Positions 26,610-34,247 of a stretch of DNA of 64,000 nucleotides are shown here, one piece after another. This DNA is from a virus (Duplodnaviria; Heunggongvirae; Uroviricota; Caudoviricetes). Both the position numbers and the translations under genes were made by a program. Numbering within the stretch: the first letter of the stretch is position 1; the number at the start of each line of letters is the position of its first letter. The DNA lies in the IMG/VR virus record IMGVR_UViG_3300038409_000042; one strand, 5' to 3'. A model generated the notes under the pieces. The model did not search any database. It saw only the letters and a program-made list of their open reading frames with translations, and was not told the origin of the DNA.

Positions 26610-26768
26610 ATGGAGATAGTGTTAGCTATCACAGCTGGAATTGGTCTTGCCTTTGGCGCTGGTTATGCCATCGGCACAAAGAGAGGCCAAGAAGCTTGCG
26701 GCTATACCTGGAGTTGGCAAGCGTTCCTTGAAACCATTCCTCGATGGTGGAGAGGCACTGACAGCTAA
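26610..26768 (+). CDS. small membrane protein (one TM helix)
   Basis: RBS AAGGAG 7 nt before ATG 26610. MEIVLAITAGIGLAFGAGYAIG hydrophobic helix. Lies in frame inside track ORF 26535-26768. Confidence 0.4.
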   Translation: MEIVLAITAGIGLAFGAGYAIGTKRGQEACGYTWSWQAFLETIPRWWRGTDS

Positions 26769-26810
26769 CTTCCTGGCTAGGGGTCTAAAACCCCTAGCCT
26801 AAGTTCCCAA

Positions 26811-26868
26811 TAGTCAGCCTCCACGGGGCGGGAATGGGCAACAGTCTATTGTAGACTGGCTAATGACA
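26811..26868 (+). promoter_or_regulatory. conserved 5'-leader/intergenic motif, copy 1 of 6
   Basis: TAGTCAGCCTCCACGGGGCGGGAATGGGCAAC, then hairpin CAGTCTA-TTG-TAGACTG, then GGCTAATGACAG. Preceded by hairpin GGCTAGGGG-TCTAAAA-CCCCTAGCC. RBS and ATG 26885 follow. Confidence 0.6.
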
Positions 26869-26884
26869 GATTAGGAGTTGGTCT

Positions 26885-27247
26885 ATGTCTGACTTCAATA
26901 TCTATATCGCCAACATCGCACAGATACCGGCTATCGCCTTCTTCTCCACCAATGAGAAGGCCAAGGCTTGGTTGCTCGACAAGGCAAGGGGCGAGACATT
27001 TGATGTCAATGAGGCTAGCAAGCCGGACGCAGATGCAGTGATCATGGAAGACATTAGGAAAGCTATCCTTTCCATGGCCGAGATCGGGAGGGCAGGGTTC
27101 TCTGTGAAATGGGGGACCAATCCTGCTGATGCATATGCTGTTTGGCAAGCGTCCAAGGACATTAACGAGCGCATTGAAGGTGGGCTCGATGTATTCCAGG
27201 AGGGCGATCCTGGAGGGCCACTCAATCCTAAGCCTATAATGGTTTAG
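26885..27247 (+). CDS. hypothetical protein
   Basis: RBS AGGAG. 120 aa. Preceded by motif copy 1. Confidence 0.55.
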   Translation: MSDFNIYIANIAQIPAIAFFSTNEKAKAWLLDKARGETFDVNEASKPDADAVIMEDIRKAILSMAEIGRAGFSVKWGTNPADAYAVWQASKDINERIEGGLDVFQEGDPGGPLNPKPIMV

Positions 27248-27285
27248 AAGACAGGAGGGGCGAAAGCCCCTCCTTATATCCTCCC

Positions 27286-27354
27286 CAGGTCGGCGTCCAC
27301 GTCGCGGAGGATGGGCAATTGCGTCAGACAATGGGTCAGGCGCTAGCAAACGAC
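27286..27354 (+). promoter_or_regulatory. conserved 5'-leader motif, divergent copy 2
   Basis: CAGGTCGGCGTCCACGTCGCGGAGGATGGGCAA, then hairpin GCGTCAGAC-AATGG-GTCAGGCGC, then GCAAACGACC. A GC hairpin at 27253-27272 precedes it. Confidence 0.45.
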
Positions 27355-27370
27355 CTAAAGGGAAACTCAA

Positions 27371-27796
27371 ATGGCACAGTTCATTGATCCTCTGATTGCG
27401 GCGCTGACTGAAGAGACAGAGATGCAATCAAATCTTCGGAAGATGTATGACATGCTGACGCCGGAGAACTTCGCAGAAGGAGGCGTCGGCAGGGACGAAT
27501 TCAACAATCGTCTCTGCATCCTTGACGCTCTTGCGGTCGTACAGGGAAAGGCTCCGCTCTGGCAACGGAGCCATCCAACTAATGAAGAACTTGATCTCAT
27601 CTACGAAAGCCCTGAGGCCAATCTTCTCAACTGGATCGTGGATAACCGCCGAAACGAGTATCGCTCTCCCAATGGCTTCCACGCCAAAGCCTACGGCTAC
27701 AGCGACGGCGGCGTTCCTGTTGAAGACGTGCATCGGTTGATTGCTGCGGGCTATGTGCTCGCAGGCGATCTTGCCCAACAACTTCGGTTCATTTGA
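27371..27796 (+). CDS. hypothetical protein
   Basis: 141-aa ORF preceded by motif copy 2. Confidence 0.55.
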   Translation: MAQFIDPLIAALTEETEMQSNLRKMYDMLTPENFAEGGVGRDEFNNRLCILDALAVVQGKAPLWQRSHPTNEELDLIYESPEANLLNWIVDNRRNEYRSPNGFHAKAYGYSDGGVPVEDVHRLIAAGYVLAGDLAQQLRFI

Positions 27797-27825
27797 GCCA
27801 TGGGGCGCAAGCCCCATGTCCCCAT

Positions 27826-27882
27826 TAGTCAGCCTCTACGCGGCGGGGATAGAAACGACGAATATTTCGTCGGCTAATGACT
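27826..27882 (+). promoter_or_regulatory. conserved 5'-leader motif, copy 3
   Basis: TAGTCAGCCTCTACGCGGCGGGGATAGAAAC, then hairpin GACGAA-TATT-TCGTCG, then GCTAATGACTAG. Preceded by terminator-like hairpin GGGGCGCAAGCCCC. Confidence 0.6.
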
Positions 27883-27897
27883 AGGGAGTAAAGGACA

Positions 27898-28320
27898 ATG
27901 CGTAGCATTTCTTATCACAGCCTTGGAAGTGTTATGAAGCATATCGCGTCCAAAGAAGAAGCTCCATCATTTCGCAAGGTCCTGGGGTTCGTGATTGCTC
28001 ACTACCAGGACGAAAACAATTGGCTTCAGGGTGCGCCGTCAAATGACAACGGTTCCCGGCGTTGCTTGGGATTCAATATTCTTTGCGGCATCACCGGCAG
28101 CGGCCCTGAAGCGGGAGATCAAGTCTCGGTCGACAGAGAAGTCACGAATGCATTCCTTTCTCAACTCCAGCCGTTCTACCCGGAGAAATACCGGACAGGC
28201 GACGCCAGGGAGATGACGGCGGCATTCAACGACGATCCCGAAACGACCATTGATACTGTCCGGGGCGTTCTTGCGGCGGCCCTGAACAGCCTTCCACCGG
28301 AAGACGAAGCGGTCAATTGA
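27898..28320 (+). CDS. small Cys-motif protein family member (RRCLGFNILCGITG)
   Basis: RBS GGGAG. 140 aa. Shares the C-x-L-G...L motif with six downstream paralogs. Confidence 0.55.
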   Translation: MRSISYHSLGSVMKHIASKEEAPSFRKVLGFVIAHYQDENNWLQGAPSNDNGSRRCLGFNILCGITGSGPEAGDQVSVDREVTNAFLSQLQPFYPEKYRTGDAREMTAAFNDDPETTIDTVRGVLAAALNSLPPEDEAVN

Positions 28321-28350
28321 CCATGGGGGCTTTGCCCCCAGCCCTGCAAT

Positions 28351-28404
28351 TAGTCGGCCTCCACGTGGCGCAGGGCGGAAACTAGCGATGCTAGGCTAAC
28401 GACT
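28351..28404 (+). promoter_or_regulatory. conserved 5'-leader motif, copy 4
   Basis: TAGTCGGCCTCCACGTGGCGCAGGGCGGAAAC, then hairpin CTAGC-GAT-GCTAG, then GCTAACGACTG. Compensatory change AGTCG/CGACT versus AGTCA/TGACT in other copies. Confidence 0.6.
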
Positions 28405-28416
28405 GGAGCAACGATC

Positions 28417-28920
28417 ATGCAACCCACAAAAGAGCAACTTGAAGCCCGTGAACGCTTCCTCAACGCTCTTGTTCAGCACGATCTCACCCTCTTGATTGGA
28501 GACGTTCCGATCAAGATCAAACAAGGGCAAGGGCTCTTGGCGACCGAGCTTCCCCCAGAGGGAAGCCCGCACGAAGAAAAGACGCTTTACTGTTGTTGTT
28601 TGGGCGTCTCCTGTTTGGTCGAGAAGAATGAATTTTCTCCAAGATCGGACGGAGCTTACGCGTTCTCTCAAACGATTCACAACAAACGCTACAACAACAT
28701 CTCAGCCTATCCACAGACTGATTGGTTTTCGGACAAGTACGGCGTGAACGTCGACTATGCTGAGCCGATCATCTTCGGAGCGGCAGCGGCCAATGATGAG
28801 TTGAAGCTATCATTTAGCCAAATTGCAGCATGGCTGAAGCTTCAATTCGAGAATGCTGACAAGGGCGAACAAGTCCTTAATCCTCAGAGTTGGTGGGCCA
28901 ACAGAGGCAAAATCACCTGA
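28417..28920 (+). CDS. small Cys-motif protein family member (YCCCLGVSCLV); paralog of 29469-29915
   Basis: MQPTKEQLEARERF, CCCLGV, AAAANDELK and KLQFENADKG all align with 29469-29915. Confidence 0.6.
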   Translation: MQPTKEQLEARERFLNALVQHDLTLLIGDVPIKIKQGQGLLATELPPEGSPHEEKTLYCCCLGVSCLVEKNEFSPRSDGAYAFSQTIHNKRYNNISAYPQTDWFSDKYGVNVDYAEPIIFGAAAANDELKLSFSQIAAWLKLQFENADKGEQVLNPQSWWANRGKIT

Positions 28921-28950
28921 ACTTGGGGGCTCTGCCCCCAGCCCCGCATC

Positions 28951-29007
28951 TAGTCAGGCTCCACGCGCCGCGGGGTGGGCAACCTTTACAGGTTGGCGAA
29001 TGACTAA
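28951..29007 (+). promoter_or_regulatory. conserved 5'-leader motif, copy 5
   Basis: TAGTCAGGCTCCACGCGCCGCGGGGTGGGCAAC, then hairpin CTTTACAGG-like AACCT-TTAC-AGGTT, then GGCGAATGACTA. Confidence 0.6.
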
Positions 29008-29024
29008 ATCAAAGGAGCGAAACA

Positions 29025-29363
29025 ATGCAACCGAAAGATTATCTCACAACTGAGAGAGTTCGGAACACGCATCCTGAGAACGCAGCGCTTTATACCAAAT
29101 TGATCAAGCGGGCGTTCGGCGACAATATCGACGTGATCGTGGGTCATCATATCGGTTTCCAGGTGCATGAGCACATTGAGACCGAAAATGAAATCCCCAG
29201 CGCCGACACTTTGTTATTTGACCACGATATCATGTTCGCGGCATTTGGCGTGGATCGAGCATTGCGCCTCATGTCGGCAATGATTCGGGTTCCCTGCGAT
29301 CAGCGGGAAGTCATGGTGGCGAATGCCCTGGACGGCCTGGAGATCGATATTCAAGCAGCGTAA
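29025..29363 (+). CDS. hypothetical protein
   Basis: 112 aa with N-terminus MQPKDY. Same ATGCAACC start context as 28417 and 30049. Confidence 0.55.
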   Translation: MQPKDYLTTERVRNTHPENAALYTKLIKRAFGDNIDVIVGHHIGFQVHEHIETENEIPSADTLLFDHDIMFAAFGVDRALRLMSAMIRVPCDQREVMVANALDGLEIDIQAA

Positions 29364-29396
29364 GCTGCGGGGGCTTTATGCCCCTTGCTACCAAAA

Positions 29397-29450
29397 GGGC
29401 CGCCTCCACGTGGCGGTAGTGGAAACGACCATTTACGGTCGGCCAAGAGC
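29397..29450 (+). promoter_or_regulatory. conserved 5'-leader motif, copy 6
   Basis: GGGCCGCCTCCACGTGGCGGTAGTGGAAAC, then hairpin GACC-ATTTAC-GGTC, then GGCCAAGAGCC. Outer pair is GGCCG/CGGCC. Confidence 0.55.
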
Positions 29451-29468
29451 CCTAGAAGGAGAGCTAAA

Positions 29469-29915
29469 ATGACTCTATCGAAAGAGCGACTTGAAGCTCG
29501 GGAGAGATGGTTCAAGGCCCTGGAAGACCTCAATCTCATGATTGAGGGCCTTCCAATCAATCAGGGAAGGACGTACCTAGCCTTCAAACATGAAGAAGCG
29601 AAAGGCGTTAGTTGCTGCTGCTTGGGCGTTGCTCTTCTTGTCGAAAATGAGGACCATACGCCACTCTGCACGCCAGGAACTATTACCTTTCGTAAGGATG
29701 GAAACGAGTTATGCTCGTATCCTGCTACGGAATGGTTTAGCCAAACCTATGGCATTAGCGAGCAGAACGCCGACGAATTCATGAGAGCTGCGGCAGCGGC
29801 TAATGATGATATTCTGGCAAGTTTCCCGAGGATTGCAAGATGGGCTCGTCGACAATTTGACCGACTCGACAAGGGCCTGAAGGTGCAACGAATAGACCAG
29901 GAAGAACAAATCTGA
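29469..29915 (+). CDS. small Cys-motif protein family member (SCCCLGVALLV); paralog of 28417-28920
   Basis: Start corrected to ATG 29469 (RBS GGAG). MTLSKERLEARERW. 148 aa. Confidence 0.6.
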   Translation: MTLSKERLEARERWFKALEDLNLMIEGLPINQGRTYLAFKHEEAKGVSCCCLGVALLVENEDHTPLCTPGTITFRKDGNELCSYPATEWFSQTYGISEQNADEFMRAAAAANDDILASFPRIARWARRQFDRLDKGLKVQRIDQEEQI

Positions 29916-30048
29916 CTTTAGAAGGGCTGCGCGGCGAAAGCTGCGTGGCCCTTCGCTATTTATGAGGGACTAACTGAGCGAAAGCGAATTAGTCCTCTCG
30001 TAAGAGGGACCAATCTTGGCCCTCATTTTCCCTCGAAAGGAAAGAAAC

Positions 30049-30624
30049 ATGCAACCGACAATTCTCAAGAAGTCAAACAAGGCCCGCAATGTCAAGGCTC
30101 TGCGCCGCACGCGGGAATTGCTCACCCCTGAGAAGAACTGGATGAAGGGCGACTTCATCCAAACGGAAGATGGATATCAGACCGAAGTCAAGGCGCTGGA
30201 ACAACTCGCCCAAGGCAAGAGCTGCAAGTTCTGTCTGGCGGGTGCGTTTCGCGTGGCCTGCTATGAAGACGACAGATATCTGACGGCCCCAGACGGCTTC
30301 AATACCGAGCGCGACTCGTTTCTGTCAACCTTGATGAATGCGTGCATCGTGAAGGTCGGCGGCCAGAGCCGCAGCGCCATCAGCTTCAATGACTGTTTCG
30401 ACACGACGCATGAGCAGGTGCTGAAAGCCCTGGACTGCGCCATTGAAGAAGAGGCAGCGAGGCCAGAACCGAAAAAAGTCACGCGGACAATTGAAGTTGA
30501 ACTTCTTGTGTCCGATGCAGCCGAAGAGGAGCAAGCGCTTAATAGCATCATTGCCACCGTCAATAACTTCGCAACCTACAACGAGTCCATCATTGGAGCG
30601 ACTCGTTCTGGCGCGAAGAACTGA
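30049..30624 (+). CDS. small Cys-motif protein family member (SCKFCLAGAF; ALDCAIEEE)
   Basis: Start corrected to ATG 30049 (MQPTILKK). Shares the ALDCA motif with 32084-32572. Confidence 0.6.
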   Translation: MQPTILKKSNKARNVKALRRTRELLTPEKNWMKGDFIQTEDGYQTEVKALEQLAQGKSCKFCLAGAFRVACYEDDRYLTAPDGFNTERDSFLSTLMNACIVKVGGQSRSAISFNDCFDTTHEQVLKALDCAIEEEAARPEPKKVTRTIEVELLVSDAAEEEQALNSIIATVNNFATYNESIIGATRSGAKN

Positions 30625-30640
30625 GGACGAAACCTCGGAA

Positions 30641-30670
30641 GCGGGGGAGGCGAAAGCCTCCCCCAATTTC
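30641..30670 (+). terminator. rho-independent terminator-like hairpin
   Basis: GGGGGAGGC-GAAA-GCCTCCCCC followed by AATTTCCC. Confidence 0.55.
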
Positions 30671-30737
30671 CCACGGGTCGCGGAGTAAATGCTCCGCCTG
30701 ATGAGTCCCATCAGCCTTAGCGCTAAAGGAGCCAATT

Positions 30738-31067
30738 ATGGCAGAAGATTATGCAAAGATGATCAAGCAAATCAGGGAACAAGAAGGAATAACCCAATTG
30801 GCCCTGGCGACGAAGTTCGGCGTTCATGAGAACACCGTTAATCGTTGGGAGCGTGGCGAGGCTATGCCTCAGGTCATCTATCGGAAGAAGATGAAGGCCA
30901 TGCTGAGTGGCGAAACGCATCTTCCACGGAAGCGCAAGACCTTCGGAAAGAAGAGGGTCGCCAAGGACTCAGAAGAGAGCGACAATGGCAATGGAGTTCG
31001 TCGCAGAACATTCATGACGTTGCGACTGACGGCGGCCCAAGTCCAGAAGTTGCTTCTCGACGAGTGA
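30738..31067 (+). CDS. XRE-family HTH transcriptional regulator
   Basis: ITQLALATKFGVHENTVNRWERGEAMP is a Cro/C1-type HTH. RBS AAGGAG. Confidence 0.65.
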   Translation: MAEDYAKMIKQIREQEGITQLALATKFGVHENTVNRWERGEAMPQVIYRKKMKAMLSGETHLPRKRKTFGKKRVAKDSEESDNGNGVRRRTFMTLRLTAAQVQKLLLDE

Positions 31068-31119
31068 AAAATCGTTAATCCCTTGAATAAATCAACAAGG
31101 GATTGTATCATTAAGGATA

Positions 31120-31157
31120 GAGGGTTGCCGAGCAAGCTTGGCGGCCCTCTTTTTTTG
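31120..31157 (+). terminator. rho-independent terminator
   Basis: GAGGGTTGCCGAGCAAGCTTGGCGGCCCTC followed by TTTTTTTG. Confidence 0.7.
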
Positions 31158-31211
31158 TGGGGCGGAGTTCCATAACGGCTTCGTCTGACACAACTGCCTG
31201 GAGCGACAGCT

Positions 31212-31310
31212 ATGCCAGCGAAGTTCGTAGTAACGGCAGGCTTCTGTATCCTCTCGATTTTGACGTATGTGGCCTTCGTGGTCGCATTCGCCATAGCACA
31301 GGGAGGTTGA
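31212..31310 (+). CDS. 32-aa hydrophobic peptide
   Basis: RBS GGAG 8 nt upstream. MPAKFVVTAGFCILSILTYVAFVVAFAIAQGG; one TM helix. Below the ORF-track length cutoff. Confidence 0.3.
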   Translation: MPAKFVVTAGFCILSILTYVAFVVAFAIAQGG

Positions 31311-31313
31311 TTT

Positions 31314-31541
31314 ATGAAGCTAAAGCTCTTGGACATCCTCCATCATCCGGTCTGTCTGGCTTGCCAGCGGCACCGGAAAGCTATTCGGAAGCCCATGCTT
31401 CAGGGCGGATGGATGCTGATTGGAACCCATACCGCTGGTCTTGGGGGTATCCCTCCATTTGCTCTGATGGACCATCATTTGATCTTTTTGATTGGTGCTA
31501 TTGGAGCATTTATAAGCGCAATAGCGGCAGCATGGGAGTAA
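31314..31541 (+). CDS. small Cys/His-rich membrane protein
   Basis: RBS GGGAGG 7 nt upstream. N-terminal HHPVCLACQRHRK. C-terminal TM segment LIFLIGAIGAFISAIAAAW. Confidence 0.45.
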   Translation: MKLKLLDILHHPVCLACQRHRKAIRKPMLQGGWMLIGTHTAGLGGIPPFALMDHHLIFLIGAIGAFISAIAAAWE

Positions 31542-31546
31542 AGAAA

Positions 31547-31654
31547 ATGTTCATTTTTGCAGTGATGCTTGCCTTTTGGTTCATGTGCGAGATGTGCCTT
31601 ATGGCGTCTGACATGTTCCAGATGGCGATCAAGTCGGTCCTAGGACTTGACTGA
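31547..31654 (+). CDS. 35-aa hydrophobic peptide
   Basis: RBS GGGAG. MFIFAVMLAFWFMCEMCLMASDMFQMAIKSVLGLD. Confidence 0.3.
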   Translation: MFIFAVMLAFWFMCEMCLMASDMFQMAIKSVLGLD

Positions 31655-31661
31655 ATTAGGA

Positions 31662-31697
31662 GGGGACCGGAGGCGACTCCGGTCCCCCTTTTTTTAG
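31662..31697 (+). terminator. rho-independent terminator
   Basis: GGGGACCGGAG-GCGA-CTCCGGTCCCC followed by TTTTTTT. Confidence 0.75.
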
Positions 31698-31737
31698 GAG
31701 GGTCATTCAGGACTCTCCTTTAGACTGGAGCGAAGCT

Positions 31738-31932
31738 TTGATAGTCGACGCTTACAGCCCCACAGCATCCATTGATCACCTTGAGGCCAATATCCTGGAA
31801 AGGATTAGGACTGACTTTGAGGAAGAGCTGGGCAGCTCTAGTGATCAAGACCTTCTTGAAGCCTATGCGCGATGGGAAGAGTCTGGGGATGAATGGGAGA
31901 CCTTCCCAGATCACCTTTATACGGAGGATTAA
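31738..31932 (+). CDS. small acidic hypothetical protein (TTG start)
   Basis: RBS GGAG 7 nt upstream of TTG. 64 aa. Confidence 0.4.
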   Translation: MIVDAYSPTASIDHLEANILERIRTDFEEELGSSSDQDLLEAYARWEESGDEWETFPDHLYTED

Positions 31933-32027
31933 TTTGGAAGGCATGATGTGGATGTTTATCATCCTTCTTTTATTCTTTGTCGTTGCCAATTACTTCTTCA
32001 AAGGCGGCGGCAATTGAGATAGAGAAA

Positions 32028-32058
32028 GGGGTGCGACGCGAGTCGCGCCCCTTTTTTT
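32028..32058 (+). terminator. rho-independent terminator
   Basis: GGGGTGCGAC-GCGA-GTCGCGCCCC followed by TTTTTTT. Confidence 0.75.
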
Positions 32059-32083
32059 GTAGCCACAAAGACAGGAGGTCAAG

Positions 32084-32572
32084 ATGGCTTATAGGCAATA
32101 TAGAAAGCCCGATCGGAACTTGGTTGAAAAGGTCCGTGATTACTTCAAAGGCGATCGAAAGAGATGGTACAAAGGAGCGTTCTTTTCAGGGATCGGCACA
32201 ACCGGAGCCCTGAAAACAAAAACTCAGGACCATTGCTGCTGCCTTATGGGCGGAGCGCTCTTGATGGGAGCCAGAGAGGGTTATTTCCCTGAGGAGGAAT
32301 TCGGCGATCTGCATCAATTCAAGGAAGAATTCAGGAAGCTTATGGCCTCGTGCATGGTCGACGTAGCCATGAAAGACATGGCTGCGGACGTTTCCATGAC
32401 CGTGAGGGCCAATAAGCAATACAGGAAGGAGCGAATTGCCGAATTCGACAATGACGACTTCTATAACTTCAACGATGGCGGCACTTATGAAAGAGTCATC
32501 GAGGCTCTGGATTGCGCCGTTGAGGCCACGAAGCCTGGAGAGCCGGAGTACGGCCTACAAGAGTATTACTGA
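32084..32572 (+). CDS. small Cys-motif protein family member (HCCCLMGGALLMG; ALDCAVEAT)
   Basis: RBS AGGAGG. 162 aa. Confidence 0.6.
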   Translation: MAYRQYRKPDRNLVEKVRDYFKGDRKRWYKGAFFSGIGTTGALKTKTQDHCCCLMGGALLMGAREGYFPEEEFGDLHQFKEEFRKLMASCMVDVAMKDMAADVSMTVRANKQYRKERIAEFDNDDFYNFNDGGTYERVIEALDCAVEATKPGEPEYGLQEYY

Positions 32573-32581
32573 TTGATTAAT

Positions 32582-32620
32582 AGGGCGTTCCACGTGAAAC
32601 GTGGAACGCCCTATTTTTAT
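32582..32620 (+). terminator. rho-independent terminator
   Basis: AGGGCGTTCCACG-TGAAA-CGTGGAACGCCCT followed by ATTTTTAT. Confidence 0.75.
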
Positions 32621-32630
32621 GGAGGCTAAA

Positions 32631-33077
32631 ATGAAACACTCTGAATGCGGTCTGTTGGATGAAATCTTCACCCGTATCGATGACCGTACTGGAGAGGTGT
32701 TACACTTCAATGCAACAGCTCTCTTTAATTGGGCTCTCGAACACTCCGATCAAGTCATGCTGGCTACGGTGCCACTTACACATGATCTCATGACCGAAAT
32801 GTTCAATGATCGTCACATCGAACAATGGAAGATCGATAGGCTTAAAGAGCCATATAGTTCAATTCCAGCATTGGGCGTTGAGGATACCGATCACAAGCAT
32901 ATCCTCATTGACGGCAATCATCGGGTCTACAACGCTTGGAAGAAGGGTAAATCCGAATTCCCGGCGATCGTGGTTCCATTTGGTAAATGGGAGCCATTCT
33001 TGGTCACTGACTTTCCGAAGTGGCTAACTGATATAGCGGTGGATGACATCAAAAGGAACATCAAAGGAAATGGATAA
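32631..33077 (+). CDS. ParB-like nuclease domain protein
   Basis: ILIDGNHRVYNAWKKG matches the ParB/Srx DGNHR motif. Start corrected to ATG 32631 (RBS GGAGG); the track start lies in the terminator. Confidence 0.6.
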   Translation: MKHSECGLLDEIFTRIDDRTGEVLHFNATALFNWALEHSDQVMLATVPLTHDLMTEMFNDRHIEQWKIDRLKEPYSSIPALGVEDTDHKHILIDGNHRVYNAWKKGKSEFPAIVVPFGKWEPFLVTDFPKWLTDIAVDDIKRNIKGNG

Positions 33078-33118
33078 AAATTAACTGGAAAGTCTGGATA
33101 GTTTCTGTTCAGTTACAA

Positions 33119-33143
33119 GGGCGTCTTCGGACGCCCTTTTTTA
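33119..33143 (+). terminator. rho-independent terminator
   Basis: GGGCGTC-TTCG-GACGCCC followed by TTTTTT. Confidence 0.75.
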
Positions 33144-33171
33144 TGGACCCTTAAAAGAAAGGCCACATTAA

Positions 33172-34176
33172 ATGTCTCATGAATTAGACATGACAACGGG
33201 AAAGGCTGCTATGGCTTATACAGGGGAAACCCCCTGGCATAAGCTCGGCGAACGTCTGGAACGTGGCGCATCGATCGAACAGTGGGCCAAAGCCGCTGGT
33301 ATCGAATGGGAGGCCATCAAGATTCCTGGCTACATGAAGCTTGATGATCAGTTCGTGGAGGTTCCTAATCACTTCCACCTCATTCGCAATGATACTGCGG
33401 CTATCCTCGGTCACTTCACTGACAGCTATAAGCCAGTTCAGCCTAGTGAAATTCTAGGCTTCTTTAGAGACCACGTCCTATCGGACCCAAGGTTCTCTAT
33501 TGAAACGGCTGGAGCCCTTCGTGAAGGGCGCTTGATCTTCGCTCTAGCTCGGTTCGAAGAGGACCTAGAAGTAGCTGGAGACAAGCATGGCGTCTACATA
33601 GGACTGGCGACATCGTATGATGGAACCCTGTCCACGACGGCGCAAGGCACCTGCATACGTTGGGTCTGCAACAATACAGTTACAGCTGGCATGCTTGACA
33701 AATCAGCTGTAATCAAAATCAGACACAACCAATTGTTCACGACACCTCGTCAAGAACAGGCTGTAGCCGAGCTTACGGAAGCCCTGCAAGCCACCCAAAT
33801 CTATAAAAAGGTTGGCGATACGTTGGCCCTGAGAAAGCTCAACAACGACCAGATCGGAGACTTCTTCAAGTACTGTCTTGATATTCCTCTTGATATGCCA
33901 AGAGAGGAAATTTCAACAAGGAAGTACAATCAATTTGAAGCTCTACTCTTGTCGCTTCAGAAAGAATATGACGCAGGAGCCGACAAGAATACTGCTTGGG
34001 CCGCTTTGAATGCGGTCACGCGGTACATTGATCATGAGCGGACAGCTCGGGTCACTGGAACGGACAGCGCAATGCGTAATCGTGTGTACTCCGCGAACTT
34101 CGGTAGCGGAGCCACGATTAAGACCAAGGCGATTGCAGCGTTGGTCGACGGAACTTCGACGTTGCCAAGAGGCTAA
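33172..34176 (+). CDS. DUF932 (phage/plasmid-related protein, TIGR03299-like)
   Basis: N-terminus MSHELDMTTGKAAMAYTGETPWHKLG and 334-aa length match the DUF932 family signature (aamaY.GevPWHgLG). Confidence 0.65.
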   Translation: MSHELDMTTGKAAMAYTGETPWHKLGERLERGASIEQWAKAAGIEWEAIKIPGYMKLDDQFVEVPNHFHLIRNDTAAILGHFTDSYKPVQPSEILGFFRDHVLSDPRFSIETAGALREGRLIFALARFEEDLEVAGDKHGVYIGLATSYDGTLSTTAQGTCIRWVCNNTVTAGMLDKSAVIKIRHNQLFTTPRQEQAVAELTEALQATQIYKKVGDTLALRKLNNDQIGDFFKYCLDIPLDMPREEISTRKYNQFEALLLSLQKEYDAGADKNTAWAALNAVTRYIDHERTARVTGTDSAMRNRVYSANFGSGATIKTKAIAALVDGTSTLPRG

Positions 34177-34190
34177 ATCTGACCTTAATA

Positions 34191-34222
34191 GGCGTGTGGC
34201 GCAAGCTGCACGCCTATTTTTA
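34191..34222 (+). terminator. rho-independent terminator
   Basis: GGCGTGTGGC-GCAA-GCTGCACGCC followed by TATTTTTAT. Near-duplicate of the terminator at 34863. Confidence 0.7.
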
Positions 34223-34247
34223 TGGGGGACTACTAGGAGCATTACAT

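Noticed and set aside
26902-27817. Minus-strand ORFs 26846-27427, 26902-27225, 27367-27600 and 27428-27817
   Set aside because: Antisense to well-supported plus-strand genes that have RBSs and terminators.
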